64,000 bases of DNA from Candidatus Woesebacteria bacterium GW2011_GWB1_39_10 (GTDB lineage Bacteria > Patescibacteriota > Microgenomatia > UBA8517), in assembly GCA_000993205.1 (NCBI GenBank), contig LBVU01000002.1, forward strand, positions 28,250 to 92,249, in the 5' to 3' direction. Within the stretch, counting starts at the first letter, position 1. Each line of letters begins with the position of its first letter. The notes beneath the pieces are model-generated. The model ran no database searches and was not told the DNA's origin. It was given only the letters and a program-made list of their open reading frames with translations. This document shows positions 50,867-60,849 of this stretch, piece after piece. A program made the translations under genes and the position numbers.

Positions 50867-51478
50867 ATGCTTAAAATCATCTCCTGGTTATTAATTATTT
50901 TAGGGCTCGCTCTACTGATTTTTATTTTTGGTCCCGTTATTAAAGAAGAAACCAAATATAAACTTGGGCAAATTGCTAATGTTAAATATGTAATTGGTAC
51001 TGAACAGTTGGATACTTTTGAAAAACCGCTCACTCCTCCAAACACAGATTTCTCTGTAATTATCCCCAAAATTGGCGCCGTAGCCCCTGTTGTCGATAAT
51101 GTGGACGCTACAGACCCAAAACAATACCTTTCAGCTCTCAAAAAAGGTGTTGCCCATGCGACAGGAACTGGAATCCCAGATGAAATCGGAAATGTATACC
51201 TTTTTGCCCACTCAACGGATGCTTTCTGGAATGTTAGTTCATATAATGCCGTATTTTATCTAATAGGGAAACTTAAACCGGGAGATGAGATAGTTATTTA
51301 TTACCAAAACAGGTTAATAACATACCAAGTTTATGACAAGAAAGTAGTTAGTGCCGACTCGTCCCAATATTTGGGCACACTAACACCCGACGAAAAGACA
51401 TTAACACTCCAAACATGTTATCCGCCTGGAACAACTTTTGAAAGACTTATAGTACTGGCAAAGCAGACGAGCCCTTGA
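50867..51478 (+). CDS. Sortase
   Basis: N-terminal TM, IIPKI, GVAH, FAHS, LTLQTC, RL catalytic pattern. Confidence 0.9.
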   Translation: MLKIISWLLIILGLALLIFIFGPVIKEETKYKLGQIANVKYVIGTEQLDTFEKPLTPPNTDFSVIIPKIGAVAPVVDNVDATDPKQYLSALKKGVAHATGTGIPDEIGNVYLFAHSTDAFWNVSSYNAVFYLIGKLKPGDEIVIYYQNRLITYQVYDKKVVSADSSQYLGTLTPDEKTLTLQTCYPPGTTFERLIVLAKQTSP

Positions 51479-51526
51479 CATTGTGGTAACTGATAGTATA
51501 ATCACGACATAAAGATAAATATTGAT

Positions 51527-54500
51527 GTGAAAAAAACCTTATTTCAAAAAACAGCCTCATTCATTGCCACCATTGCGGTTTTAATTAATTCGTTTGGAGC
51601 CCCCCTGACAGTTATAGCTCAGGAAATTACCCCAAGTCCCACACCTGCTGAAACGAGTTCACCGACACCTGAGGCTACTGCTTCGACTGAGCTCACCGCT
51701 TCGCCTACTGCTCAGTCCGATGCAACACCCGCCGAAACTGCAAGTCCGACACCTGAAATTACCCCAACCCCGACTGATACAGTTACACCAGCCCCAACTG
51801 ATACTCCCATTGCAACACAAGCACCGGAAAGTAACCCTACGGTTCAAGGTCCTCCGGCTTCCGATCAACCAACTTCAAGCCCAACAGCAACCCCGATAGT
51901 GACACCTGCTCAGCCTGAAGTAGAGGGAAGTTTAACAACAGAGATAGTAGAAACAAATTTGTTCTCAGAAACACTTCAGGAAAATAGCTGGTTTAACCTT
52001 GTCACAGATAAACTTGATTATGCGCCCACTGAGGCCGCAGTAATTACCGGAACCGGTTTCGCGGCAGGGAAAACTTACAATCTAACGGTAAGTTCGGTAG
52101 ACGAACCGGCAACCACAACCACGGTTGAAGTAATCGCGGATCTAAACGGTTCATTTGCTTACGTTTACCAACTCGACGGCAACTACCGACCAAATTATTC
52201 GGTTGAAGTTAAAAGTGATGGAGTGATTGTTGCCTCAACGACCTTTACCGACTCGCCGGTTTCCGGCACCCTTCTAGACTCTGACGGAGCAAACGATGAA
52301 CCGGGACAAAAAGATTTAACCAAACTTTTTTTTGATTATACGAATATCCCCACCTCAATAAATATCGGGTGGGACTGGGACGACTCTGGTTTCTCTGGAG
52401 CAAACACGGGTGATGCCTGTGCATTATTTGACACAGACACTGATGGTTATGCCAATTATGCTCTTTGTGTTACTGTTGACAATGACCCGGCAACTTTTCA
52501 GACAACCAGTCTTTACTCCTGTAACGATACCCGTTCTGACAGATGTCCAAGCGAGGCGCCAATTTCCCTGTTCACTTCTACTTGCGGTGCCAATGTTCAG
52601 GCAACTGACCCCTTCCCCGGACCTCCAGCAGCTCAACAGGGCGATGATTATCCAAACGACTCTGTAGCCAGCTGCACCGCTCAATTATCCGAAGTGGGAG
52701 GAGCTTCGTCAAAACTACTTGATGTTTGTTCTTTTCCATCGTCAATTTCCCATTCTGACCCTTCGGACTGTATAGTTGCCTCGACAGCTTCTCAAACAGG
52801 ATTTTTGGAGGTTAAAAAAGTATTAGACCCCACAAGCGATACCGGGAAATTTGATTTGCAAATTGACGGAACTACTTACGCTTTTGACGCAACTCATAAC
52901 GGTACAACCGGAGAAAAAATTGTGGATGCTGACAGCCACACTGTCAGTGAAACCGCCGGAACAGGTACGACATTAAGCAATTACACTTCGTCAGTTGTTT
53001 GTAGAGATACCAATGGCACCGGGAGCGTAGTCTCAACTACGGGAAGTGCCCCTTCTTGGACAGTTGGCGTTGGAAACGGAGACGATATTGTCTGCACTAT
53101 CACAAACACTCTCCGGCAAGCACATCTTATCGTTGTAAAACATGTAATTAACGATAATGGAGGCACTGCGGTCGCCGGCAATTTTACTTTAGATTCAGGA
53201 GGAACCAACGACACCCCGGATAATTTTGCCGGAGTTGAATCACCCGGAACCGACGTCACACTTGATGCAGGTTCATATAACGTGACCGAGTCCGGCCCAG
53301 GTGGATACTCTGCAAACTATTCAGCAGATTGTTCCGGATCGATTTCGGCCGGACAAACAAAAACCTGTACAGTAACAAACGATGACCAAGCTGCAACCTT
53401 ACATGTTATTAAAGTAGTAACAAACGATAACGGTGGAACAAAAACATTTACTGATTTTTCATTCCAAGTAAATGGGGGTGGAGCAACCGCCTTTGAAGCA
53501 GATGGACAAAACGATCTTACCGTAAACGCAGGAACATATAGTGTGACAGAACCTGGAGTTGCAGGTTATTCTACAACTTACGATAACTGTTCAAACCTCG
53601 TTATTTCAAATGGGGGAAGTGCCACCTGTACTATTACCAACGATGATATTCAACCCAAACTCACACTTACAAAAATTGTAACAAACGACAATGGGGGGAA
53701 TGCGGTAGTTAACGATTTTCCGCTATTTGTAGGAGCAACCGGAGTTACAAGTGGTGTTCAAAACGGATTTGATGTCGGTAGTTATACCGCTTCTGAAACA
53801 AATCTTACAGGTTACACTGCAGGTTCATGGGGAGGGGACTGTGCAACTGATGGTTCAATTACGCTCGCTGCAGGAGATGTAAAGGCTTGCAGCATTACCA
53901 ACAACGACCAAGCTGCACACATTGTCTTGATTAAAAATGTCACAAATGACAATGGAGGTTCAGCAGGCGCAAACGATTTTGGGTTGACTGTTGGTAGTTC
54001 TTCTGTCACTTCGAGTAGTACAACTGATGTAAATTCTAACGTATCAACTACGTTAAACGAGACAGGTCTGGCCGGATATGATTTTGTTTCAATTACAGGA
54101 GACGCAAAATGTCCGGCTGTCTTGGGTGGAACGGTAACACTTAATGAAGGGGAAACCGTAACGTGTACCATAACGAATGATGATATTGCCCCAACACTTA
54201 AGCTTACAAAAAGCGTCACCAACGACAATGGTGGAACAGCAGTAGCCGGGAGTTGGACACTTGGAGCGGATGGTGATAGCGGATTCCAAGATTTGGGTGA
54301 TTCAACAACTTTCCATACAGTAAAAGCGGGTGTGAGTTACGCGCTTTCCGAGTCCGGATTAGCAGGGTATGCTCAAGACGGAAATTGGTCGTGTGATGGT
54401 GGTGATCAGAACGGGAGCAACATAGCTCTCGGGTTAGCGCAAGACATAATTTGTACGGTTACAAACAATGACATCGCCCCATCGCTTACATTAATCAAAG

Positions 54501-57500
54501 CTTTGGTGACCAACAATGGTGGAAACGACACGGAGTCAGACTGGACTTTGACTGCTTCCGGTCCAACCGGCTTCAGCGGAGTTGGGTCATCTATCAGTAA
54601 TGGTGCGTCTTTTTATACCGGAACTTACGACCTTTCCGAGTCGGGTCCCGGAGGATACATAGCCAGTAACTGGGTTTGTACAGGCGGAACACAAAACGAC
54701 GGCAATACCATAACTTTAAGTTTGGGGCAGTCCGCTACTTGTACCATTACCAACGATGATGTTCCTGCCAGTATTACACTCACTAAAGTGGTCCAAAACA
54801 ATTTTGGTGGAACAGCCGGAGTAGACGATTTCGGTCTATCGATAGGCGGAACGTCAGTCTCTTCCGGTCAAACATTAAGTGTCAATTCCAATAGTTCTTA
54901 TACCCTTAATGAAGCGGGATTGTCTGGGTATTCATTCGTTTCCCTAACAGGCGACGATCTTTGTCCGGACGTACTTGGCGGAACGGTTACTCTTGATGAA
55001 GGGGGAACTATCTCTTGTATAATCACAAACAGTGACGTTCAACCACAGCTGACAGTCATAAAACATGTAATAAATGATAATGGCGGAAGTTCTTTAGCCG
55101 GAGCCTTTACAATAAATGTAACAGGCACAAGTGTTTCAACCACCTCCTTCGGCGGATCAGAATCCGGAACGACAGTAACTTTAAATGCCGGTTCATATAC
55201 TGTCGACGAAGATCTGTTTGCGGGGTACTCAAAAACCCTTGGCGCAGACTGTTTTGGAACAATTGCGGTCGGCGAACACAAAACCTGTACTATTACCAAC
55301 AACGATATTGCTCCAACACTTACATACGTTAAATCAGTAACTAATAATTATGGTGGAACTCTTGGTGCAACTGATTTTCCATTATTCATAAATGGAAGTC
55401 AGGTCATAACTGGCACTCCAAATACTTTATTAGCCAATTACTTATACACTCTTACAGAAACTCAGCAAACTGGATATACCGGCGGTTATTTTACAGGTGA
55501 TTGCTCAGCCGATGGATCAATTGTTCTTTCAGTTGGGGACAATAAAACGTGTTATATAAGTAATACCGACGTTCAACCAAAACTCACAATTACCAAGGTT
55601 GTAATTAATGATGATGGTGGTACAAAAGAGATTACCGATTTTCCTCTTTTTGTAAACTCAACTAGTGTAAAAAGCGGTGTACAAAATGGATTCAACGCTG
55701 ATAGCTACACTGTTAGTGAGACAGGTATCTCAGGATATACATCCACAATCTCAGGGGACTGTACAGCAAACGGGTCAGTAACATTGGCTGTCGGGGATGT
55801 GAAATCTTGCGTCATTACCAACGACGATATTGCTCCTAGATTAACATTGGTAAAAACAGTGGTAAACGACAATGGCGGTGACAAGGTTGTTTCAGATTTT
55901 ATACTTAAAATAAACGACACATCTGTTATAAGCGGTGAAGAAAACATACTTTCTGCTGGAACTTATACAGCAAGTGAGATTGAACTGCCCGGGTATGCTG
56001 CAACTGTTTGGGGCGGGGACTGCAACAGAGACGGAAGCATTACTTTAAACCCCGGAGACAATAAGTCCTGCACAATCACAAACGATGATCAACCGGCAAC
56101 ACTACGTGTAGTAAAAGTTATTGATCCTGGAAATACAGGAGCAACTGAAAGTTTCGGTGATTTCTGGTTCGAGGTAAACGGGGGTGGAACATCCGCCTTT
56201 GAAGCAGACGGACAAAACGACCTGACCGTTGATGCGGGAACTTACAATGTTACAGAGAAGGGAGTTACCGGTTATTCAACTTCTTACGACAACTGTTCAG
56301 ACGTTGCTATTCCGAACGGAGGAGAGGCAACTTGTACTGTTACAAATACGGCGATTGCGCCAACACTGACTGTTATCAAAATCGTCGAGAACGGAAATAC
56401 AGGAGCGACTTTCAGCTCTTCCGATTTTCAAATGAAAGTTGACGACGCAAACGTTCCTCAAAACTCTGCACAAGATGAAACCATCGGCTCTCATACAGTA
56501 AGCGAATTGGGCCCTTCCGGATACACTTCGGTGTTTAGTGGAGATTGCAACACTGACGGAAATGTGACACTTGCCCTCGCCGATGACAAAACTTGCACTA
56601 TTACCAACACTGCTATTGACCCAACGCTAACTTTGATCAAAACGGTTGTAAACGATAACGGTGGACAAAAAGAAGTATCAGATTTTCCTCTTTTCATAGA
56701 TGACAACGGTGTAACGAGTGGTGAATCCCGTGTTCAAACAGTCGGTACGCACACAGCAACTGAGACCTCTGACGCAGGGTACACGGCTTCAGTTTGGGGT
56801 GGGGACTGTGCAGAGAACGGAACCATTACTCTTTCACTGGGCGACGATAAAATCTGTACAATTACCAACGATGATAATCCGGGAACCCTTATAGTCAAAA
56901 AAGTAATCGACGGTGGAGAAGCCAGTTTTCAAGATTTCTCATTCCAAATCAACGGGGGCGAACCAGTCGGTTTTGACTCGGAGGACGGTCAGAATGAGGA
57001 AACCGTAGACGCAGGGACTTATTCCGTTACAGAACCAAAGGTTGAAAATTATGTCACTTCCTACGACAACTGTACCAGAATTCAGATTGCAAACGGGGAG
57101 AGTGCAACTTGTACCATAACCAATATTTGGCAAAATCCTCAAATTTCAATCATTAAAGAGAACAACGCCGGCGGTGGGGTTGGCGCAGGGTCAACCGTAA
57201 TCTACACCATAAAGGTATCAAACAACGGTAATGTAAATTTTGATAACGTACTTGTAACCGACTTCTTACCCGGAGGATTTACGTATGTAGTCGGATCAAC
57301 GACAGGGGCAACATTTATCAACGTCCTTGGTTCAAAATTGACTTGGAATATTGACAACCTGGCACCGGAAGAAACTGCCACCATCACATATCAGGTTACG
57401 ACAAATTCCGCTCTAACCGACGGTGATTATAAAAACTTTGCAACCTGCCAAGCTACTTACAATGAAGAAGAAACAATAAGCTGCGACCAGGTAAATTCAA

Positions 57501-57679
57501 CTGTAAAAATCGGCCACGGAATTAGTTACGGCGGAAATTTGCAGGGTCAGGTCTTGGGAGCATCCACAGAACTTCCCGCAACAGGGAGCCCGACATTACT
57601 TTTGATCCTATCTTTAGGGTTACTCGGAACCGGATTATACTTAAAAGGTTACGACAAAAAACGAAATGTTAAAAATTAA
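51527..57679 (+). CDS. 2050-aa sortase-anchored surface protein with 16 Ig/prealbumin-like repeats and a DUF11-like domain
   Basis: Signal peptide, P/T-rich linker, repeats ending C-T-I-T-N, LPATG followed by TM and basic tail. Confidence 0.88.
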   Translation: MKKTLFQKTASFIATIAVLINSFGAPLTVIAQEITPSPTPAETSSPTPEATASTELTASPTAQSDATPAETASPTPEITPTPTDTVTPAPTDTPIATQAPESNPTVQGPPASDQPTSSPTATPIVTPAQPEVEGSLTTEIVETNLFSETLQENSWFNLVTDKLDYAPTEAAVITGTGFAAGKTYNLTVSSVDEPATTTTVEVIADLNGSFAYVYQLDGNYRPNYSVEVKSDGVIVASTTFTDSPVSGTLLDSDGANDEPGQKDLTKLFFDYTNIPTSINIGWDWDDSGFSGANTGDACALFDTDTDGYANYALCVTVDNDPATFQTTSLYSCNDTRSDRCPSEAPISLFTSTCGANVQATDPFPGPPAAQQGDDYPNDSVASCTAQLSEVGGASSKLLDVCSFPSSISHSDPSDCIVASTASQTGFLEVKKVLDPTSDTGKFDLQIDGTTYAFDATHNGTTGEKIVDADSHTVSETAGTGTTLSNYTSSVVCRDTNGTGSVVSTTGSAPSWTVGVGNGDDIVCTITNTLRQAHLIVVKHVINDNGGTAVAGNFTLDSGGTNDTPDNFAGVESPGTDVTLDAGSYNVTESGPGGYSANYSADCSGSISAGQTKTCTVTNDDQAATLHVIKVVTNDNGGTKTFTDFSFQVNGGGATAFEADGQNDLTVNAGTYSVTEPGVAGYSTTYDNCSNLVISNGGSATCTITNDDIQPKLTLTKIVTNDNGGNAVVNDFPLFVGATGVTSGVQNGFDVGSYTASETNLTGYTAGSWGGDCATDGSITLAAGDVKACSITNNDQAAHIVLIKNVTNDNGGSAGANDFGLTVGSSSVTSSSTTDVNSNVSTTLNETGLAGYDFVSITGDAKCPAVLGGTVTLNEGETVTCTITNDDIAPTLKLTKSVTNDNGGTAVAGSWTLGADGDSGFQDLGDSTTFHTVKAGVSYALSESGLAGYAQDGNWSCDGGDQNGSNIALGLAQDIICTVTNNDIAPSLTLIKALVTNNGGNDTESDWTLTASGPTGFSGVGSSISNGASFYTGTYDLSESGPGGYIASNWVCTGGTQNDGNTITLSLGQSATCTITNDDVPASITLTKVVQNNFGGTAGVDDFGLSIGGTSVSSGQTLSVNSNSSYTLNEAGLSGYSFVSLTGDDLCPDVLGGTVTLDEGGTISCIITNSDVQPQLTVIKHVINDNGGSSLAGAFTINVTGTSVSTTSFGGSESGTTVTLNAGSYTVDEDLFAGYSKTLGADCFGTIAVGEHKTCTITNNDIAPTLTYVKSVTNNYGGTLGATDFPLFINGSQVITGTPNTLLANYLYTLTETQQTGYTGGYFTGDCSADGSIVLSVGDNKTCYISNTDVQPKLTITKVVINDDGGTKEITDFPLFVNSTSVKSGVQNGFNADSYTVSETGISGYTSTISGDCTANGSVTLAVGDVKSCVITNDDIAPRLTLVKTVVNDNGGDKVVSDFILKINDTSVISGEENILSAGTYTASEIELPGYAATVWGGDCNRDGSITLNPGDNKSCTITNDDQPATLRVVKVIDPGNTGATESFGDFWFEVNGGGTSAFEADGQNDLTVDAGTYNVTEKGVTGYSTSYDNCSDVAIPNGGEATCTVTNTAIAPTLTVIKIVENGNTGATFSSSDFQMKVDDANVPQNSAQDETIGSHTVSELGPSGYTSVFSGDCNTDGNVTLALADDKTCTITNTAIDPTLTLIKTVVNDNGGQKEVSDFPLFIDDNGVTSGESRVQTVGTHTATETSDAGYTASVWGGDCAENGTITLSLGDDKICTITNDDNPGTLIVKKVIDGGEASFQDFSFQINGGEPVGFDSEDGQNEETVDAGTYSVTEPKVENYVTSYDNCTRIQIANGESATCTITNIWQNPQISIIKENNAGGGVGAGSTVIYTIKVSNNGNVNFDNVLVTDFLPGGFTYVVGSTTGATFINVLGSKLTWNIDNLAPEETATITYQVTTNSALTDGDYKNFATCQATYNEEETISCDQVNSTVKIGHGISYGGNLQGQVLGASTELPATGSPTLLLILSLGLLGTGLYLKGYDKKRNVKN

Positions 57680-58565
57680 ATCAATCACCGGCTTATTTAT
57701 TTGCTCATTCGCTTATTTACTTATTTGCTTATTCGGTGTGAGGCCGGCCTACGCCTCAGTTCTTTCAATCCAAACTCTGCCTTCCTATATAAACACCAAC
57801 AACTTCAAACTTTCCTGTACTAGTGATGGGGGAACGTTCCAATTTGAGGTTAGTGTGCACGGCGGAGCATTTACGACTTTTGGACCGGTAATCAACACAA
57901 GTACGGAGCCTTGCATAGTTCAAGTCGATTCATCTATTGTAAACAGCCAGACCGACTATACATTCAGGATTGGTGGATTCACAACCTCAACTATTTATGA
58001 CACAAACGGTCCCGCCGCACCATCAGGATACTACAAAGAGGGTTTGAGTAATGGCTTCAAAATTCACTGGACCAACCCAAGCGACAGTGATTTTTCTAAA
58101 GTAAAAATCTACCGCGGTGAAACTGCTGACTTTTCTGCCGACAGTTCACATGAGATTACAACCCAACCCGGTGGAGCGGGGAGCCTAATGACTTACGACG
58201 ATATATTCGCAGTGGATTCTTCCAAAACTTATTTTTACGATCTAAGAGCAATTGACTATGCGGGAAATTCCTCTGATCTTGTGGGTGATGGATCTTCCAC
58301 AAGCTCAACAACAGTTACTACAGCCAGTCCTAAGGCCGGAACAGACAAAGTGACACAATTGCCCAAGGGAAACGGCGGTAGTGTCTTAGGAACCGAGACA
58401 AATGGCACTCCAACTCCTTCCGCCAGTCCCACTGAGATAGGAGGGCCAGTTAGCACCAATCCCGGAATCATGAAATGGATTCTGACACACAAAAAGATAT
58501 CTTTAGGGGTTGCTTTCGGACTTATAATAATAAGCTACCTGCTCTTCAGAAGGAAAAAATCTTAA
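57666..58565 (+). CDS. Secreted FN3-like protein with C-terminal membrane anchor
   Basis: Signal peptide, W.NPSDSDF...IYR and Y.LRAID.AGN.S FN3 pattern, TM plus RRKK. Confidence 0.75.
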   Translation: MLKIKSITGLFICSFAYLLICLFGVRPAYASVLSIQTLPSYINTNNFKLSCTSDGGTFQFEVSVHGGAFTTFGPVINTSTEPCIVQVDSSIVNSQTDYTFRIGGFTTSTIYDTNGPAAPSGYYKEGLSNGFKIHWTNPSDSDFSKVKIYRGETADFSADSSHEITTQPGGAGSLMTYDDIFAVDSSKTYFYDLRAIDYAGNSSDLVGDGSSTSSTTVTTASPKAGTDKVTQLPKGNGGSVLGTETNGTPTPSASPTEIGGPVSTNPGIMKWILTHKKISLGVAFGLIIISYLLFRRKKS

Positions 58566-58629
58566 CCTATAATTTTGCCTCTTGACAAGCAGAGAAAGTA
58601 CCGCTATTATCCCATCATAGTTTTATATT

Positions 58630-59373
58630 ATGACTAAGTTTAACTCAGGCAAAGCATCTATTTTAGCTCTCACTTCCGCTTTTGCGGTCGCGGCTTTTTT
58701 TCTCGGAAAATCTTTTACTTTGATTCTAGCCTCTCCTGCCGGTGACGTTCCAAAAGCCTACTGTCATGCAGCTGGACTGACAGGAACCACCCACTTCAAT
58801 TATCACTACAATAAAGCTTGGACGGCCCACTTTTATGACAACGGAAGTCCTAAAGCAGGACACGAAGACGACTTTTACACATTAATCGGCGATAGAGATT
58901 GTGACGGTCAAGTTGACTCAACACCAACCCCTACCCCAACAGATTGTGACGGAGATTGCCCAACTGCAACCCCCGAACCAACCGATGACGTCTGTCCAAA
59001 TATCGAGGGTGTTCAAGACTCTGTCCCTGAAGGATATTTTGTAAATAATGATGATAACTGTGTCGAAGGGGAAGAACCAACTCCCGAGCCTACACCAACA
59101 CCAAATCCTGACGTTTGTGCAAATATCGACGGTGTTCAAACCGGTGTACCTAGCGGGTTACACATGGATGCCGGAAACGTCAACTGTGTTTCGTTCTCTG
59201 ATTCAAATCCTCCCGAAGTTCCATATACACCTCAGGGTCAAGTCCTTGGAGCCTCTACAATGGCAGGGACAGGGTCATTTGCTGAAAACTTATATATGGG
59301 TATAATGGGTGTAGGTGCAATTCTCACTCTTAAAGGCGCAAAGAACTTCAAAAAAGCTTTCAAAAAAGCTTAA
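58630..59373 (+). CDS. Secreted Pro/Thr-rich protein with two DVCxNIxGVQ repeats and a sorting-like tail
   Basis: GQVLGASTMAGTG followed by hydrophobic segment and basic tail. Confidence 0.7.
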   Translation: MTKFNSGKASILALTSAFAVAAFFLGKSFTLILASPAGDVPKAYCHAAGLTGTTHFNYHYNKAWTAHFYDNGSPKAGHEDDFYTLIGDRDCDGQVDSTPTPTPTDCDGDCPTATPEPTDDVCPNIEGVQDSVPEGYFVNNDDNCVEGEEPTPEPTPTPNPDVCANIDGVQTGVPSGLHMDAGNVNCVSFSDSNPPEVPYTPQGQVLGASTMAGTGSFAENLYMGIMGVGAILTLKGAKNFKKAFKKA

Positions 59374-59911
59374 GATCTTCCGTGGTCCGCTTTTTTTAAC
59401 CTTTCTAGGATTGTCCATATTTACCTTTGGAATTTACAACTATTATAAAGTCCGAATACTTTCGTTTGACTCTGTTCCTCCGGAAGCTAATAAATCTATT
59501 GAAAATGTTGACTCTCCTGTAGAAATAATTATTCCCTCAATCAAGATTGACCTCAAAGTCGAGCCGGGACAGATTAAAGACGGTGTCTGGCAAATCTCAG
59601 GGTCTTCAGCTACCTTTCTTACAACCTCAGCCGCCCCGAGGACGGAAGGCAATATGGTGATCTATGGTCACAACAAAAAAGTTATTTTTGGCAATCTGCC
59701 TTATTTAAGCCTGGGACAAAGAATTGTCATCAAGACAAAAAGTGGAAAAATCTATAATTATGTGGTCGATCAAAAATACTTTGTTGGCCCCGATAGGGTA
59801 GACTTGGTTTCTCCGTCCGATAAAGAGGAGCTTACTATATATACCTGCTACGGACTTTTTGATGGTCAGCGCGCAGTAATCAAAGCCAGGCCACTCAAGG
59901 ACAGTCCTTGA
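59315..59911 (+). CDS. Sortase (start uncertain)
   Basis: IIIPSI, YGHN, LTIYTC, R motifs. Confidence 0.85.
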   Translation: MQFSLLKAQRTSKKLSKKLKIFRGPLFLTFLGLSIFTFGIYNYYKVRILSFDSVPPEANKSIENVDSPVEIIIPSIKIDLKVEPGQIKDGVWQISGSSATFLTTSAAPRTEGNMVIYGHNKKVIFGNLPYLSLGQRIVIKTKSGKIYNYVVDQKYFVGPDRVDLVSPSDKEELTIYTCYGLFDGQRAVIKARPLKDSP

Positions 59912-60660
59912 AAACTTCATTTTGTGCCTACTCAAGGACAGTCCTTGCAATTACTCTAAGATAAGGTCTCCCAGAAATATTGCACTATCCTTCTTGTAAT
60001 CTTCAACAAAACTTTTATACGAATTCACTTTTTTAAATTCCGGTAAAACTTTATTGTTAAAGAACGAGAGAACTGTTTCCGGCTTAATCCAAGGTGTTTG
60101 TCTCTTTCCTAAATATTCAGGGTAAGAGGAATAAGCGCTTAGCAAATCGTCTGTATACTCTCTTGGATTTAGATGGATGTATCTACTTAAATGTAGTAGG
60201 TATTCTTCGCTTGCAACCAATACTGCCTTATATCGACCTTGAAATAGCGATCCAACACGATCATATTTTTTATTGAAATACATTGAGTATCTAGTCATAA
60301 GAGATCTCATTAGTCCTTGAATCGAGTCGAAATCCTTTTGTTTAATCAAAAGGTGAAAATGGTTGGGCATTAGACAATAAGCAATTAGGTCAATTTTTTC
60401 AAAATAACTTTTTACAGGCCTTCTTATGCTCTGCAAGGACAGTCCTTGCATAATATATTTCGTTCTCAGATCTTGTTCCTCAAGCGGGGAAAAAGCCTCT
60501 TTTATATAACGTAAAAAAACTTTGTAATCCTGACTATCTTCAAAAATTATCCTTTTTTCAACCCCGCGGTTATAAATATGATAAAAGCCTTTTTCGACAT
60601 AAATTTTCAAGGAATTTCTGGAAGGCATAATTTAAATGTAATACTCAAGGACAGTCCTTG
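59896..60660. repeat. REP-like palindrome CAAGGACAGTCCTTG, 4 copies
   Basis: 59896-59910, 59933-59947, 60434-60448, 60646-60660. Confidence 0.92.
59951..60628 (-). mobile_element. REP-associated tyrosine transposase (RAYT, Y1 HUH)
   Basis: YHIYNRG, AYCLMPNHFHL, GSLFQGRY, RYIHLNP, YSSY motifs; flanked by REPs. Confidence 0.92.
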
Positions 60661-60849
60661 CAAGTATCTCCCCATTGCTTCACGAATAACCTTGAGGTAA
60701 AATAATTTAAAGCTAAATAGCCTCGATTTTTTGTTTGGAACAAAAAATAAATTCGAGTTAATAAATCCGAAATACGAAACAATATTTAAATTCTAAATTT
60801 CAAATAGAAAAGTTTCGAATTTCGTGCTTCGGATTTCGTATTTAAATGT

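Noticed and set aside
51527-57679. Many antisense and alternate-frame ORFs here and across the window (e.g. 17515-18192, 50074-50706)
   Set aside because: Shadow ORFs of well-supported genes with no motifs of their own
59896-59947. Two palindromic repeats 37 bp apart resembling a mini-CRISPR
   Set aside because: Repeats are only 15-18 bp, no cas genes, and they are explained as REPs of the adjacent RAYT
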